A DNA stretch of 43,672 nt from a virus (lineage: Duplodnaviria; Caudoviricetes): positions 1 through 43,672 of IMG/VR virus record IMGVR_UViG_3300032327_000475; one strand, given 5' to 3'. The notes beneath the pieces are model-generated. The model did not search any database, had not been told where the DNA came from, and saw only the letters and a list, made by a program, of their open reading frames with translations. Every line of letters begins with the position of its first letter. The first letter of the stretch is position 1. The position numbers were made by a program, and so were the translations under genes. Shown piece by piece: positions 28,740 through 36,753 of this stretch.

Positions 28740-29195
28740 TTAAACTTCCAACCCTTTTCTTTCTTCATGCATCTTTTCTATTGCATGAAATAGTTCAAGA
28801 TCTAACTCGTACGCCGTACGCATCACTAACTTAGGACCACCTGCCTTCTCTACCGGGGATCTATACAATTCATATATATCAAACTTCCTCTTATTTGAAT
28901 TAACAAAATCATACATAAAGTTTTCATCCACTCTATACTTCTCCCAATAACCGTAAGACGTTGTCTGATGAACAAACTGAGAACCGTCTTCATTATAAGT
29001 TCTTTCCCATTTAACCCAATAAGGCTGGAGATTTCTATCTCCTAATCCTTCCTCAAGTATGCAGTTATTACGTTCATCATAAGAACGGTTGTTGTACCAA
29101 CCCGCCTTCTCGTTCTTAAATTGAATTAAATTTCCATTTACATCATAGGTCGATTCTAGACCCGATTGTTTGATAACCTTGATTTCTTTTTCCAT
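28740..29195 (-). CDS. Hypothetical early protein with YD-like repeats
   Basis: YDVNGNLI, YDERNNCI, YNEDGS. Confidence 0.65.
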   Translation of the reverse strand: MEKEIKVIKQSGLESTYDVNGNLIQFKNEKAGWYNNRSYDERNNCILEEGLGDRNLQPYWVKWERTYNEDGSQFVHQTTSYGYWEKYRVDENFMYDFVNSNKRKFDIYELYRSPVEKAGGPKLVMRTAYELDLELFHAIEKMHEERKGLEV

Positions 29196-29385
29196 AATCT
29201 AAAGATACGAACATATATTCATATAATCAACTAAAGACTAAAATTTTTCCGAAAAAATTCCTCGAGTGTCTAAGGGCTGGGCATAAAGTCACTTTTTGGA
29301 AATCTAGGCAGGGTCCTGGGTAGTACAAGGTATAAATATATACTCTTATAGTAGGATTTCTTCCGGAAGAATGACTGCAGCTTTA

Positions 29386-29545
29386 GCGTAGTAGGCCGTA
29401 GATAAGTACTATAGTGATATTAAGTACACTTGTATTGAGTATGTGCTAGCTACCTACACCGTACTATATACGTACGTAGTATGGTGGTCGTAAAACCGTA
29501 GCACCGTTTCTAGGAAACCGTAGACACAAAAAGAGCCGACCGTAG
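29386..29545 (-). repeat. Loose cluster of CTACGG-type hexamers (plus-strand CCGTAG)
   Basis: CCGTAG at 29396, 29496, 29518, 29540 plus variants in a non-coding gap. Confidence 0.45.
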
Positions 29546-29553
29546 CCGACTCC
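29528..29553 (-). terminator. Intrinsic terminator
   Basis: GAGTCGGC TACG GTCGGCTC TTTTT. Confidence 0.75.
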
Positions 29554-29564
29554 TTCTTAGATTC

Positions 29565-29816
29565 TTAACTAGGCCAGACAAGCATAGTCCCGGCGTCATA
29601 CCATTCAAAGTGCCATCCGTTCTTATCAAGGACTTTACTTAGTAATGGATCAACTCCAAAGGTATCTACCCATCTTTCTGAATAGTAATCAAAGAGGCTT
29701 GTATTACTATCTGCTGCTATCCAGATTCCTCCGGTACTACTATCAAACTCTTCAGAGGTTCCTCTTACTTTTACTCCTAAGGTCTTTAGGACGTCTATCA
29801 TTTGTTCTCTGTTCAT
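29565..29816 (-). CDS. Hypothetical early protein
   Basis: Coupled to the upstream ORF; GWHFEWYDAGT C-terminus. Confidence 0.7.
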   Translation of the reverse strand: MNREQMIDVLKTLGVKVRGTSEEFDSSTGGIWIAADSNTSLFDYYSERWVDTFGVDPLLSKVLDKNGWHFEWYDAGTMLVWPS

Positions 29817-30076
29817 AACTTCTCTATCTCCTCCCTAACATCTTCCCAAAAGGAATAATACATTTCTTTATCTTCATCTGTAATAAGGTAAAAACCTAGT
29901 TTAAGACTTAGCTTATAGATTTCTTCTACTGCAACTAAAGCACATTGTTTAGCAGTATAAGAACTGCTCGTAATGTCTTCAATTCGACAATCGAAATCTG
30001 TTGGTTCCATTGAGTGATAAAGTTCAACCTTCTTAAACTTTTCAACTAACTCTTTTGCTTTTTCTTTTGTTGTCAT
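29813..30076 (-). CDS. Hypothetical early protein
   Basis: KEKAKELV...AKQCALVAVEEI...FWEDVREEIEKL; own promoter. Confidence 0.75.
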   Translation of the reverse strand: MTTKEKAKELVEKFKKVELYHSMEPTDFDCRIEDITSSSYTAKQCALVAVEEIYKLSLKLGFYLITDEDKEMYYSFWEDVREEIEKL

Positions 30077-30132
30077 AACCTTTTTTATTATACCTAAAGA
30101 TACGAAAAAGCCCCCGAAGGGGCAACTGTTAT

Positions 30133-30474
30133 TTATTTGATACCTCCGTAGGTTTCAATATAGTATTGTTCGCCAGTTGTATTTATCTCATTAGGCATAG
30201 TTGATTCTATTTTACCTATTCTATAAGCATTAATAATGCTTTCTTTCTCTATTTCTTTGGCTTCTCTGATTTCTTCTTGATGGTCTATGTAAAAAGTAAT
30301 TGCTTGTGGTATTCCTAACTTCATTGCTAACTTTTCACATAGAATCTCTACTGCCGTTTGTTGTTTATTGTTTGTCATTTGTTTGTTTTTTGGATTTGCA
30401 TAACATTCATCATCTGATTGCCAAGTTTCTGCTTTACACCATTTACAGATATGGGTTTCTTGTTCGTTGCTCAT
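30133..30474 (-). CDS. QTAV-family hypothetical protein
   Basis: KQQTAVE...AKEIEKE...YYIETYGG. Confidence 0.7.
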   Translation of the reverse strand: MSNEQETHICKWCKAETWQSDDECYANPKNKQMTNNKQQTAVEILCEKLAMKLGIPQAITFYIDHQEEIREAKEIEKESIINAYRIGKIESTMPNEINTTGEQYYIETYGGIK

Positions 30475-30731
30475 TGCTCACCTCCTCCGTATATTAGGTT
30501 ATAGTATTCATATGCATCTTCCTCTCTTATATTATCACCATCATACTGACCTTGTGTATAAGCATTTATAATTTGCGCCTCCTCTCTTTCTTTGGCTTGT
30601 TTTAATAAAAATAAAACTTCATTTAATGCTTTTTGATAACCACATTGCCATTCTGTTACTCCTTGAAATCTAAGTTTTTCAATTTGACTTTCTAACTTAT
30701 CTACTGCCGTTTGTTTTGTTTCGTTGCTCAT
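30471..30731 (-). CDS. QTAV-family hypothetical protein
   Basis: MSNETKQTAVDKL...AKERE...YYNLIYGG. Confidence 0.7.
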   Translation of the reverse strand: MSNETKQTAVDKLESQIEKLRFQGVTEWQCGYQKALNEVLFLLKQAKEREEAQIINAYTQGQYDGDNIREEDAYEYYNLIYGGGEQ

Positions 30732-30732
30732 A

Positions 30733-30906
30733 TTACTTCTTTAAGATGTCTTCAAGTTCTAAGATAGTAGCTCTAATAGTCCCGATGTAAAGTCCTGCTT
30801 CATAAGCATGGCTAATCTCTTTACCTTTCTTGTCACCCTCTACAAGCATATAGCTTAAGGTGTTCTTAATTGCTGTTAGTTGGTTTTTAATTTCTGTTTG
30901 TGTCAT
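30733..30906 (-). CDS. 57-aa hypothetical protein (not in ORF track)
   Basis: MTQTEIKNQL...LEDILKK; promoter and AAAAGGTT leader. Confidence 0.7.
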   Translation of the reverse strand: MTQTEIKNQLTAIKNTLSYMLVEGDKKGKEISHAYEAGLYIGTIRATILELEDILKK

Positions 30907-30964
30907 AACCTTTTTTTTATTATACCTAAAGATACGAATTTAATTGATAGGAGGCAACTGTTAT

Positions 30965-31084
30965 TTAGATTAATTTTGCTAACTCAAATACAACTCTTAA
31001 AATAGCTACTGCTGCTACTAATGATACAATCCCGATTCCTAATCCGATTGCTAATACTGTGATTGCTTTTTGTAATTTTTCCAT
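30965..31084 (-). CDS. 39-aa single-TM peptide (not in ORF track)
   Basis: MEKLQKAITVLAIGLGIGIVSLVAAVAILRVVFELAKLI; AAAGGTT leader. Confidence 0.65.
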   Translation of the reverse strand: MEKLQKAITVLAIGLGIGIVSLVAAVAILRVVFELAKLI

Positions 31085-31089
31085 AACCT

Positions 31090-31281
31090 TTATTTGTTAT
31101 CAAATTTTTTAAATTGTTCATAAACCCAATCAACTATAATTAGTTGTTGTGTGTCGGAATAGTGATGAACTAAATACTTTACAAAACGTAAACGTTTTTG
31201 TGCTGATTCGGGGTTGGATTCCATTTCAACCATGGCATCACTTAAATTACTTTGAATTACTAATCTTACTCTTGTTTCCAT
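31090..31281 (-). CDS. Hypothetical early protein (start corrected to METRV)
   Basis: Track start lies inside the promoter; AAAGGTTATG at 31281. Confidence 0.7.
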   Translation of the reverse strand: METRVRLVIQSNLSDAMVEMESNPESAQKRLRFVKYLVHHYSDTQQLIIVDWVYEQFKKFDNK

Positions 31282-31357
31282 AACCTTTATTTGTTTTTTT
31301 CTATACCTAAAGATACGAAGAAGCCTCCGAAGAGGCAACTTCTTTTTTAATTATTTT

Positions 31358-31612
31358 TTAGAGTCCTTGCTCCCTTCTTAAGTCCATCTCTTCTTTGTCA
31401 GCCTCAGAATATGTATTGAGGTTTAAGTAAGTATTGTTCCATTCAATATGAAACATTGCTTCAGCTGCTTGAGGATCCCACTCTTTAACAAACTCATATT
31501 CTTCTTGAGTAAGAGTGTTAGCTTTCAATACTAAGTTCGCATAACGAGCATAGTCCTGCTCTGCTTGGTAAATATCTTCTTGATTCATCATAACCTTATT
31601 ATTTATTTCCAT
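31358..31612 (-). CDS. Hypothetical early protein
   Basis: ATG directly after the -7 box. Confidence 0.7.
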   Translation of the reverse strand: MEINNKVMMNQEDIYQAEQDYARYANLVLKANTLTQEEYEFVKEWDPQAAEAMFHIEWNNTYLNLNTYSEADKEEMDLRREQGL

Positions 31613-31687
31613 ACCTAAAGATACGAAAAATAAAGAAGGGGACCAACTAGGCCCCCAACTTTTATGAAAAATAAATAAATAAAGGTT

Positions 31688-32419
31688 TTAGATTAATTGG
31701 TCAATCAAATACTTAGTTTGAATATCTTCTTTCGTATGAACTGTCTCCTGATCTGTATCATAAGATAAGCAGGTAAATTCAACTGTTACTTTTTTTCCTG
31801 AAGTATTTCTATTAATACATTTCAATTTTGTTACTCTACTAATACTCTCATATCTTCCTCTCCCATAGTTAATAGTTTGTAAATTATCTAAAACTACTTC
31901 CCCTCCTGTATAAAAATTTTCTAATGCTTTTGCTTTTTTCATATCTGCTTCTTCTCTATTCAACCTATCAATCTCAGATCCTAAAGCTCTATCTTCAGTA
32001 TGCAATTGACTTGTCTGCTCTTTATAAACTTTAAGTAAACCATCTTCTACAAAAATAGTATTAATACATTCATTCATTCCTCCTTTATAAAGAATCCCTG
32101 CAATCCTTCCGTTGAAGATTAGTCTTTTATATTCAAATTCTGAATCGATAGTAGTTGCATAAGTATTTAAGTAATGATTAGAATTACCTACCCAGCTTCT
32201 TGAGTTAATAGAAAGAATCTCTTTTCTATCTATATTGAAGTAGACCGTATCTCCGTAAGAGATTCCTAAGTTAACTTGTGGAAAGTCTTTCAATACTTCC
32301 TTGAATAATTCTTCTGCTCTTTTAGAAATCAATTCATTCTTTTGAGCTCCTAAGATCTGTAATTCTTCTGAGATTACTGTTCTTCTGTCGATTAATGTCT
32401 GTTTAATAATGTTTGTCAT
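31688..32419 (-). CDS. Hypothetical early protein (243 aa)
   Basis: Own promoter; clean ORF. Confidence 0.75.
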   Translation of the reverse strand: MTNIIKQTLIDRRTVISEELQILGAQKNELISKRAEELFKEVLKDFPQVNLGISYGDTVYFNIDRKEILSINSRSWVGNSNHYLNTYATTIDSEFEYKRLIFNGRIAGILYKGGMNECINTIFVEDGLLKVYKEQTSQLHTEDRALGSEIDRLNREEADMKKAKALENFYTGGEVVLDNLQTINYGRGRYESISRVTKLKCINRNTSGKKVTVEFTCLSYDTDQETVHTKEDIQTKYLIDQLI

Positions 32420-32496
32420 AACCTTTATTTCTTTTTTTCTATACCTAAAGATACGAACTTAGTTGTTAGGAGGCAACTATTATTTTTATTTCTTTG

Positions 32497-32609
32497 TAGT
32501 CAGGACAGGATTCGAACCTGTAACTAATGAAACCATTTCATCGATTGGAGTCGAACCAATACTTCCTCTACCAATTGGGTAGGGCGTCTAACCGTTTCGC
32601 CACCTGACT
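32497..32609 (-). ncRNA. tRNA-like RNA copy 4 (two T-arms, own promoter)
   Basis: AGTCAGG/CCTGACT-A; D-arm GCG...CGC; internal ATTGG TTCGACT CCAAT; terminal ACAGG TTCGAAT CCTGT. Confidence 0.8.
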
Positions 32610-32638
32610 AATTTTTTACTATACCTAAAGATACGAAC

Positions 32639-32932
32639 TTAGTTCTCAGAAAGCCACTGTTTTTCTAAAAAAGTTTCACCTTCAGATCTTAAAACATAAA
32701 GAAATCTTGCTTGCCCGATATCCTCTCTGCATTGAACGACTCTATTATCAACCCTACCAATAAACTTTTTACCTAAACCCCTTCTCAACATATCAGCATA
32801 TTTTTTATTTGCTTCATTTGAACTACTTCTGTCATAACCAAAAGATAACTTAAAGATTTCATTTTCTGTTAAGAATTCAAAATCTGATAACGTTTGTAAA
32901 ATCTGCTTGATTGAATTGTTTTTCTTTTTCAT
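32639..32932 (-). CDS. Hypothetical early protein (possible winged helix)
   Basis: Own promoter; ILQTL...LTENEI...RFLY pattern. Confidence 0.65.
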   Translation of the reverse strand: MKKKNNSIKQILQTLSDFEFLTENEIFKLSFGYDRSSSNEANKKYADMLRRGLGKKFIGRVDNRVVQCREDIGQARFLYVLRSEGETFLEKQWLSEN

Positions 32933-32968
32933 AACCTTTTATTTTTTATTATACCTAAAGATACGAAC

Positions 32969-33205
32969 TTAGTCTTCGGGAGGCAACTCTAACCCTAATA
33001 TTTTTGCAATTTCTTTTGCTGTCTCAAACTGCTTGGGGGTTATATCTTCTGACCAACCGAGATTGAAAAGCCTCTCATGAACGCCCTGTAGCTGCTGCTC
33101 TGTTGGTGAACCCCAGAAAGCCTCTTCACCTATCCATAACTCACCGTATAGCTCTTCAGCGATCTGAAATAGTATTTGTCTGTGCTCTAATAGTTCCTCT
33201 ATCAC
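32969..33205 (-). CDS. Hypothetical early protein
   Basis: Third ORF of a short operon. Confidence 0.6.
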   Translation of the reverse strand: MIEELLEHRQILFQIAEELYGELWIGEEAFWGSPTEQQLQGVHERLFNLGWSEDITPKQFETAKEIAKILGLELPPED

Positions 33206-33210
33206 AGTTC

Positions 33211-33414
33211 TTATTTTCTAAATGCAACTTTATTTTGTAGATCTTCTACCGACCCTTCAAGCCCAGGAGGGTCCATTCTTAACTTACACTCCTTAAGAGT
33301 GCCTGTGAAGATGATGCTGCTATAGTTCCTGGGCATAGCATTGACGGCTGCGATAGCAAACATTCGTAAGCCGTAATGGTTGGTATAGTCATAATAGTTA
33401 AATTGATTAGGCAT
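33211..33414 (-). CDS. Hypothetical early protein
   Basis: Overlaps the upstream stop. Confidence 0.6.
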   Translation of the reverse strand: MPNQFNYYDYTNHYGLRMFAIAAVNAMPRNYSSIIFTGTLKECKLRMDPPGLEGSVEDLQNKVAFRK

Positions 33415-33619
33415 TAGGTAGTTCCCTTCTTTCCATAACGAGCTGAACTAATACTTCGGTATCTGCTTGTAACAAAAGCTGCCTAAGCATTTGATCTTCC
33501 ATATTCGTATTCTTGAGAATGTGCTGCATCGTCTCTCCATCGACTTCGATGCTATTAAGCATACTGATCACCTGATCAGCTACTAATTCTTTCTGCGGGA
33601 TTTCTGTGATTTTTAACAT
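33407..33619 (-). CDS. Hypothetical early protein
   Basis: Own promoter. Confidence 0.7.
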   Translation of the reverse strand: MLKITEIPQKELVADQVISMLNSIEVDGETMQHILKNTNMEDQMLRQLLLQADTEVLVQLVMERRELPNA

Positions 33620-33677
33620 AACCTTTTTTTATTATACCTAAAGATACGAAAAAGCCCCCGAAGGGGCAACTCTTTTT

Positions 33678-33887
33678 TTAGTTTTCTTTGATGTCGAAGT
33701 TTCTGAATTCAAAATAGATTCTTTCCTGTCTCTCTTGAATGTATTTCTTTACATCCTCGACGGTGAATTCTTCTTCTGTTAATTCAATCATAAAGCTTCT
33801 AATTGCATTATCGAATGCTTCTGCTTGTTTAGTAACTACTAAACCGTTCATGTAGTCAAATTGTCTTATTGATAATTGCTGTGCCAT
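33678..33887 (-). CDS. Small early protein homologous to an internal segment of 22532..23458
   Basis: MxGLV-x6-AF-x7-M-xx-L-xx-E-x-F-x3-D-x3-Y shared. Confidence 0.7.
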   Translation of the reverse strand: MAQQLSIRQFDYMNGLVVTKQAEAFDNAIRSFMIELTEEEFTVEDVKKYIQERQERIYFEFRNFDIKEN

Positions 33888-33944
33888 AACCTTTTTTTAT
33901 TATACCTAAAGATACGAAGAAGCCCCCGAAGGGGCAACTCTTTT

Positions 33945-34196
33945 TTAATAATTTTTTAAGAAATTTATTAATTCGTTTAAATCGTGAAAACGTAATTCTT
34001 CGATATCGTCGTCGTTCGAAACTAAATAATTAATATCGATGCATAATTTTAAATCTTTAATTTCGATAATTAATAACGAGGATTCGTTAAAATCGACGTC
34101 GTAATCTTCGTCGTAACTTAAATTAAATTTAATTTCGTTTTTTAATAACTCGTTAATTAAGTTAAGTTCTTTTTCGTCTACTATAATATTTTTCAT
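33945..34196 (-). CDS. Small acidic early protein with extreme dinucleotide bias
   Basis: ATG directly after the -7 box; CG-rich, TG/CA- and GG/CC-poor. Confidence 0.75.
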   Translation of the reverse strand: MKNIIVDEKELNLINELLKNEIKFNLSYDEDYDVDFNESSLLIIEIKDLKLCIDINYLVSNDDDIEELRFHDLNELINFLKNY

Positions 34197-34212
34197 ACCT
34201 AAAGATAAGAAT

Positions 34213-34413
34213 TTATTTTTGAATTCCCAACCCTTCGTTAATATTTATAAATAATTTTTCTTCAGCTATTCTGTCCTGAAGCTCCACTATTTGGTCAGTC
34301 AAGTAGTCGTCAAGACCTTCTAAGATGTCTGCAAAAGTCTCATCAGACTCCAGAGTGCATAACGTAGCTTGAAACTTCTGAAGCATTGTAGCTAATTCTA
34401 TTTTCTTTTCCAT
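34213..34413 (-). CDS. Small acidic early protein
   Basis: ATG directly after the -7 box; paralog of 34892..35062. Confidence 0.7.
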   Translation of the reverse strand: MEKKIELATMLQKFQATLCTLESDETFADILEGLDDYLTDQIVELQDRIAEEKLFININEGLGIQK

Positions 34414-34465
34414 ACCTAAAGATAAGAATAAAAAGGGAGGGAACCAACCCTCCCCTAAATTTCTT

Positions 34466-34816
34466 TTAATTTTCTTTTGCAGCCTCCTCTAAACTATCCC
34501 AACTTGCTTCTAAAGCATCAACTGCTGCTCCTACTAAGAAATCTTCATCAATTGGAACATTATCAACTTCAATCCTATTACCATAACTAAGACTAAATTC
34601 AATTTCATCCGTATCAACAGCTCCATCAAATCTTTTATTTGAATAAACCTCCCTAAAGATATCTACTAAAGCATCTTTTTCTATTAATAATTTTGGAGAT
34701 TCTTCTTGCATTTCTGCATTTAAATCCGTTAACAACTTGATTACATCCTCTCTTGAGAATAGTGAAGGGAAGCTGTTTGAAACCTGCTCGATTGTTTTTT
34801 GAATGTTTTTGTTCAT
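34466..34816 (-). CDS. Acidic early protein (start corrected to MNKNI)
   Basis: AAAGGTTATG at 34816, downstream of the promoter. Confidence 0.7.
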   Translation of the reverse strand: MNKNIQKTIEQVSNSFPSLFSREDVIKLLTDLNAEMQEESPKLLIEKDALVDIFREVYSNKRFDGAVDTDEIEFSLSYGNRIEVDNVPIDEDFLVGAAVDALEASWDSLEEAAKEN

Positions 34817-34891
34817 AACCTTTATTTGTTTTTTATTATACCTAAATATAAGAATAAAAGAGGAGGGATCCAACCCTCCCCCAAACTTTTT

Positions 34892-35062
34892 TTAATCTTC
34901 TTCCTCCTCGTCTTCAATCTCCTCGGCTGTTTGAGTTATTAACTCATCCAACTCTTCACTCAAACCTTCAATGCTCCAAGTGTTAACAACATCTCCATCA
35001 AATGCATTCAAATCGTTTTGAAATTGCATAAGTAACTTTACTAATTCTTTTTTATCTTCCAT
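34892..35062 (-). CDS. 56-aa very acidic protein (not in ORF track)
   Basis: MEDKKELVKLLMQFQNDL...IEDEEEED. Confidence 0.7.
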   Translation of the reverse strand: MEDKKELVKLLMQFQNDLNAFDGDVVNTWSIEGLSEELDELITQTAEEIEDEEEED

Positions 35063-35099
35063 ACCTAAATATACGAATAAGCCCCCGAAGGGGCAACTG

Positions 35100-35405
35100 T
35101 TATTTTAAATCATTTATATCTCTCATATCGAAGGCCAATTCTTCTTCTGTTGCTTTTATGTTTGCAAACTCAACTGCTTCTGCAAAATTCATCAGCTTAT
35201 CTCCAAATCTAAACCCCGGTTTTAAACCAGCCTTATCACATTCCTTCAACACTCCTAAAACAGACATCCAGCCATAATTTGTTAAATCAGCTTCTACACT
35301 GCATAGGTCGAGGATTGGATCAATAGATATTGGTGTGAAATTTAATTTTTTATAAGCTTCCAAGGATGGAGCCTGACCTACAAATGCAAATATTTTCTTT
35401 TCCAT
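35100..35405 (-). CDS. MEKKIFAF paralog A (start corrected)
   Basis: ATG directly after the -7 box; similar to 35971..36246. Confidence 0.75.
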   Translation of the reverse strand: MEKKIFAFVGQAPSLEAYKKLNFTPISIDPILDLCSVEADLTNYGWMSVLGVLKECDKAGLKPGFRFGDKLMNFAEAVEFANIKATEEELAFDMRDINDLK

Positions 35406-35459
35406 ACCTAAAGATACGAATAAGCTTCTAATCAAACAACTAAAATATTTTTTTCTTTT

Positions 35460-35491
35460 GTTGGCTTTCCGGATTGTTTTTCGTATCTTTA
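35460..35491 (+). promoter_or_regulatory. Plus-strand early promoter 1
   Basis: GTTG-N20-TATCTTTA. Confidence 0.75.
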
Positions 35492-35494
35492 GGA

Positions 35495-35567
35495 TGTCGG
35501 AAAGATGGAGTACGGAGGGCGGCTGGCAAAGCTGAAGAGATCAAACGGAGGTTGTTCTTTTTTTTTT
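35495..35567 (+). ncRNA. Putative small RNA copy 1
   Basis: Begins 4 nt after the -7 box; TGTCGG/CTGGCA stem; 3' hairpin and T-run; repeated at 36348. Confidence 0.6.
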
Positions 35568-35578
35568 AAGATCAAAAT

Positions 35579-35604
35579 AAAAAAACCGACCCTTCCGGGC
35601 CGGC
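35579..35604 (-). terminator. Intrinsic terminator
   Basis: GCCGGCCC GGAA GGGTCGGT TTTTTT. Confidence 0.75.
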
Positions 35605-35612
35605 TCTTTCTC

Positions 35613-35897
35613 TTAATTCATTCTCCAAGGATAATCGTCCATTTGATTTTTCCATTCTGGATGCATATGCCAATAAGCACTTCTTAAGTAAATAATTTGG
35701 TACCCTGAATCATTCCCATCAATGCTGATAACCTCTTTCTTAATCAAACTGCTTAATACGCCTCTGATTGTTCTAGTATCGATTTTAGTAGCATGTGCAA
35801 GATCGTTTGCATCAACGTCTGAGAAGCCTGCTTCTGCATATAATCCATTGATCAATGCATCTAATACTGTCTGTTCTAGTTCTGTGAATTGTGTCAT
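35613..35897 (-). CDS. Winged-HTH early protein (start corrected to MTQFT)
   Basis: ANDLAHATKIDTRTIRGVLSSLIKKEVI. Confidence 0.7.
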   Translation of the reverse strand: MTQFTELEQTVLDALINGLYAEAGFSDVDANDLAHATKIDTRTIRGVLSSLIKKEVISIDGNDSGYQIIYLRSAYWHMHPEWKNQMDDYPWRMN

Positions 35898-35970
35898 AAC
35901 CTTTATTTCTTTTTTCATACCTAAAGATACGAGTAAAGGAGGAGGGGACCAACCCTCCCCCAAACTTTTT

Positions 35971-36246
35971 TTAATTTTTTTCCTCTTCTGCTGCTTTGGT
36001 ATCAGCAAATGCAATTGCATCTTCCCAATCAATAAGATCCTCTCCAAACTGTAGGGTAGGTTCCAAACCTAAATTCTGACAGTCTTCCAAAACGGCTAAA
36101 GTCGAAAGCCATCCATAATCAGATAAATCTGCTTCTACGTAAAAGACTCCGTTAATGGCATCATCTACTTCGATTGTGAAATTTAATTTCTCGTAAGCTG
36201 CTAAATTAGCAAAGCTGTCTTCGAATGCAAATATTTTCTTTTCCAT
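35971..36246 (-). CDS. MEKKIFAF paralog B (start corrected)
   Basis: AY.KLNFT, VEADL..YGW.S.L.VL..C...GL.P...FG shared with paralog A. Confidence 0.75.
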   Translation of the reverse strand: MEKKIFAFEDSFANLAAYEKLNFTIEVDDAINGVFYVEADLSDYGWLSTLAVLEDCQNLGLEPTLQFGEDLIDWEDAIAFADTKAAEEEKN

Positions 36247-36312
36247 GCCTAAAGATACGAAGAAGCTTCTCCGAAAGCAACTGAAATCTTTTTTATTTTT
36301 TTTCCACAAACA

Positions 36313-36344
36313 GTTGGTCCCCTGAAGTATGGTTCGTATCTTTA
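36313..36344 (+). promoter_or_regulatory. Plus-strand early promoter 2
   Basis: GTTG-N20-TATCTTTA. Confidence 0.75.
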
Positions 36345-36347
36345 TGT

Positions 36348-36417
36348 TGTCGGAAAGATAGTATCTAGTACGAAGGGCGGCTGACAAAGTTGAAGAGATC
36401 AGACGTAGTTTGTTCTG
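36348..36417 (+). ncRNA. Putative small RNA copy 2
   Basis: Homolog of 35495..35567 with a 5-nt insertion; TGTCGG/CTGACA stem. Confidence 0.6.
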
Positions 36418-36483
36418 GGGAGATTTTTGAAAGAAAAAAAGGGAACGTACCCTAAAGATACGAACCTCCCTTCAATAAAGCAA

Positions 36484-36753
36484 CTATAATTTTGAAATAA
36501 TTTCCATGTGGCTGGCTATCTGGTCCGGGGTCTGATGCCCTAGGACTGCTGTCCGTCCGTCCGGGACTATCACCCAGGCTCCGTCCTCAAAGGCTAACCA
36601 ATGCTCCTCCTTGGAATGCCAGACGGCTACTTCTGCCGTTGTCTGCCCTTGGTCTGAATAACTAAACTCACTGTAAGATACACTAATGGTATACCCACTA
36701 GAGAATGTCATCTGAAAGCCTTTACTAGTGCTACTGAATGATTTATCTACCAT
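36484..36753 (-). CDS. Hypothetical early protein
   Basis: GFQMTFSSGYTISV...AEVAVW; ATG directly after the -7 box. Confidence 0.7.
   Translation of the reverse strand: MVDKSFSSTSKGFQMTFSSGYTISVSYSEFSYSDQGQTTAEVAVWHSKEEHWLAFEDGAWVIVPDGRTAVLGHQTPDQIASHMEIISKL

Noticed and set aside
29540-29545. This CCGTAG copy as part of the terminus/origin array
   Set aside because: It is adequately explained as the C(UACG)G tetraloop of a terminator, which weakens the left-hand cluster to three exact copies.
35505-35687. Plus-strand ORF downstream of promoter 35460
   Set aside because: The homologous copy at 36348 lacks the ATG and has a 5-nt indel, and the ORF runs through a T-run and an opposing terminator; better read as an sRNA.
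31282-36387. Extended N-termini in the ORF track (31338, 34873, 35435, 36047, 36387), including the shared FVSLGM peptide
   Set aside because: They are translations of the promoter motif itself; the true starts are downstream.
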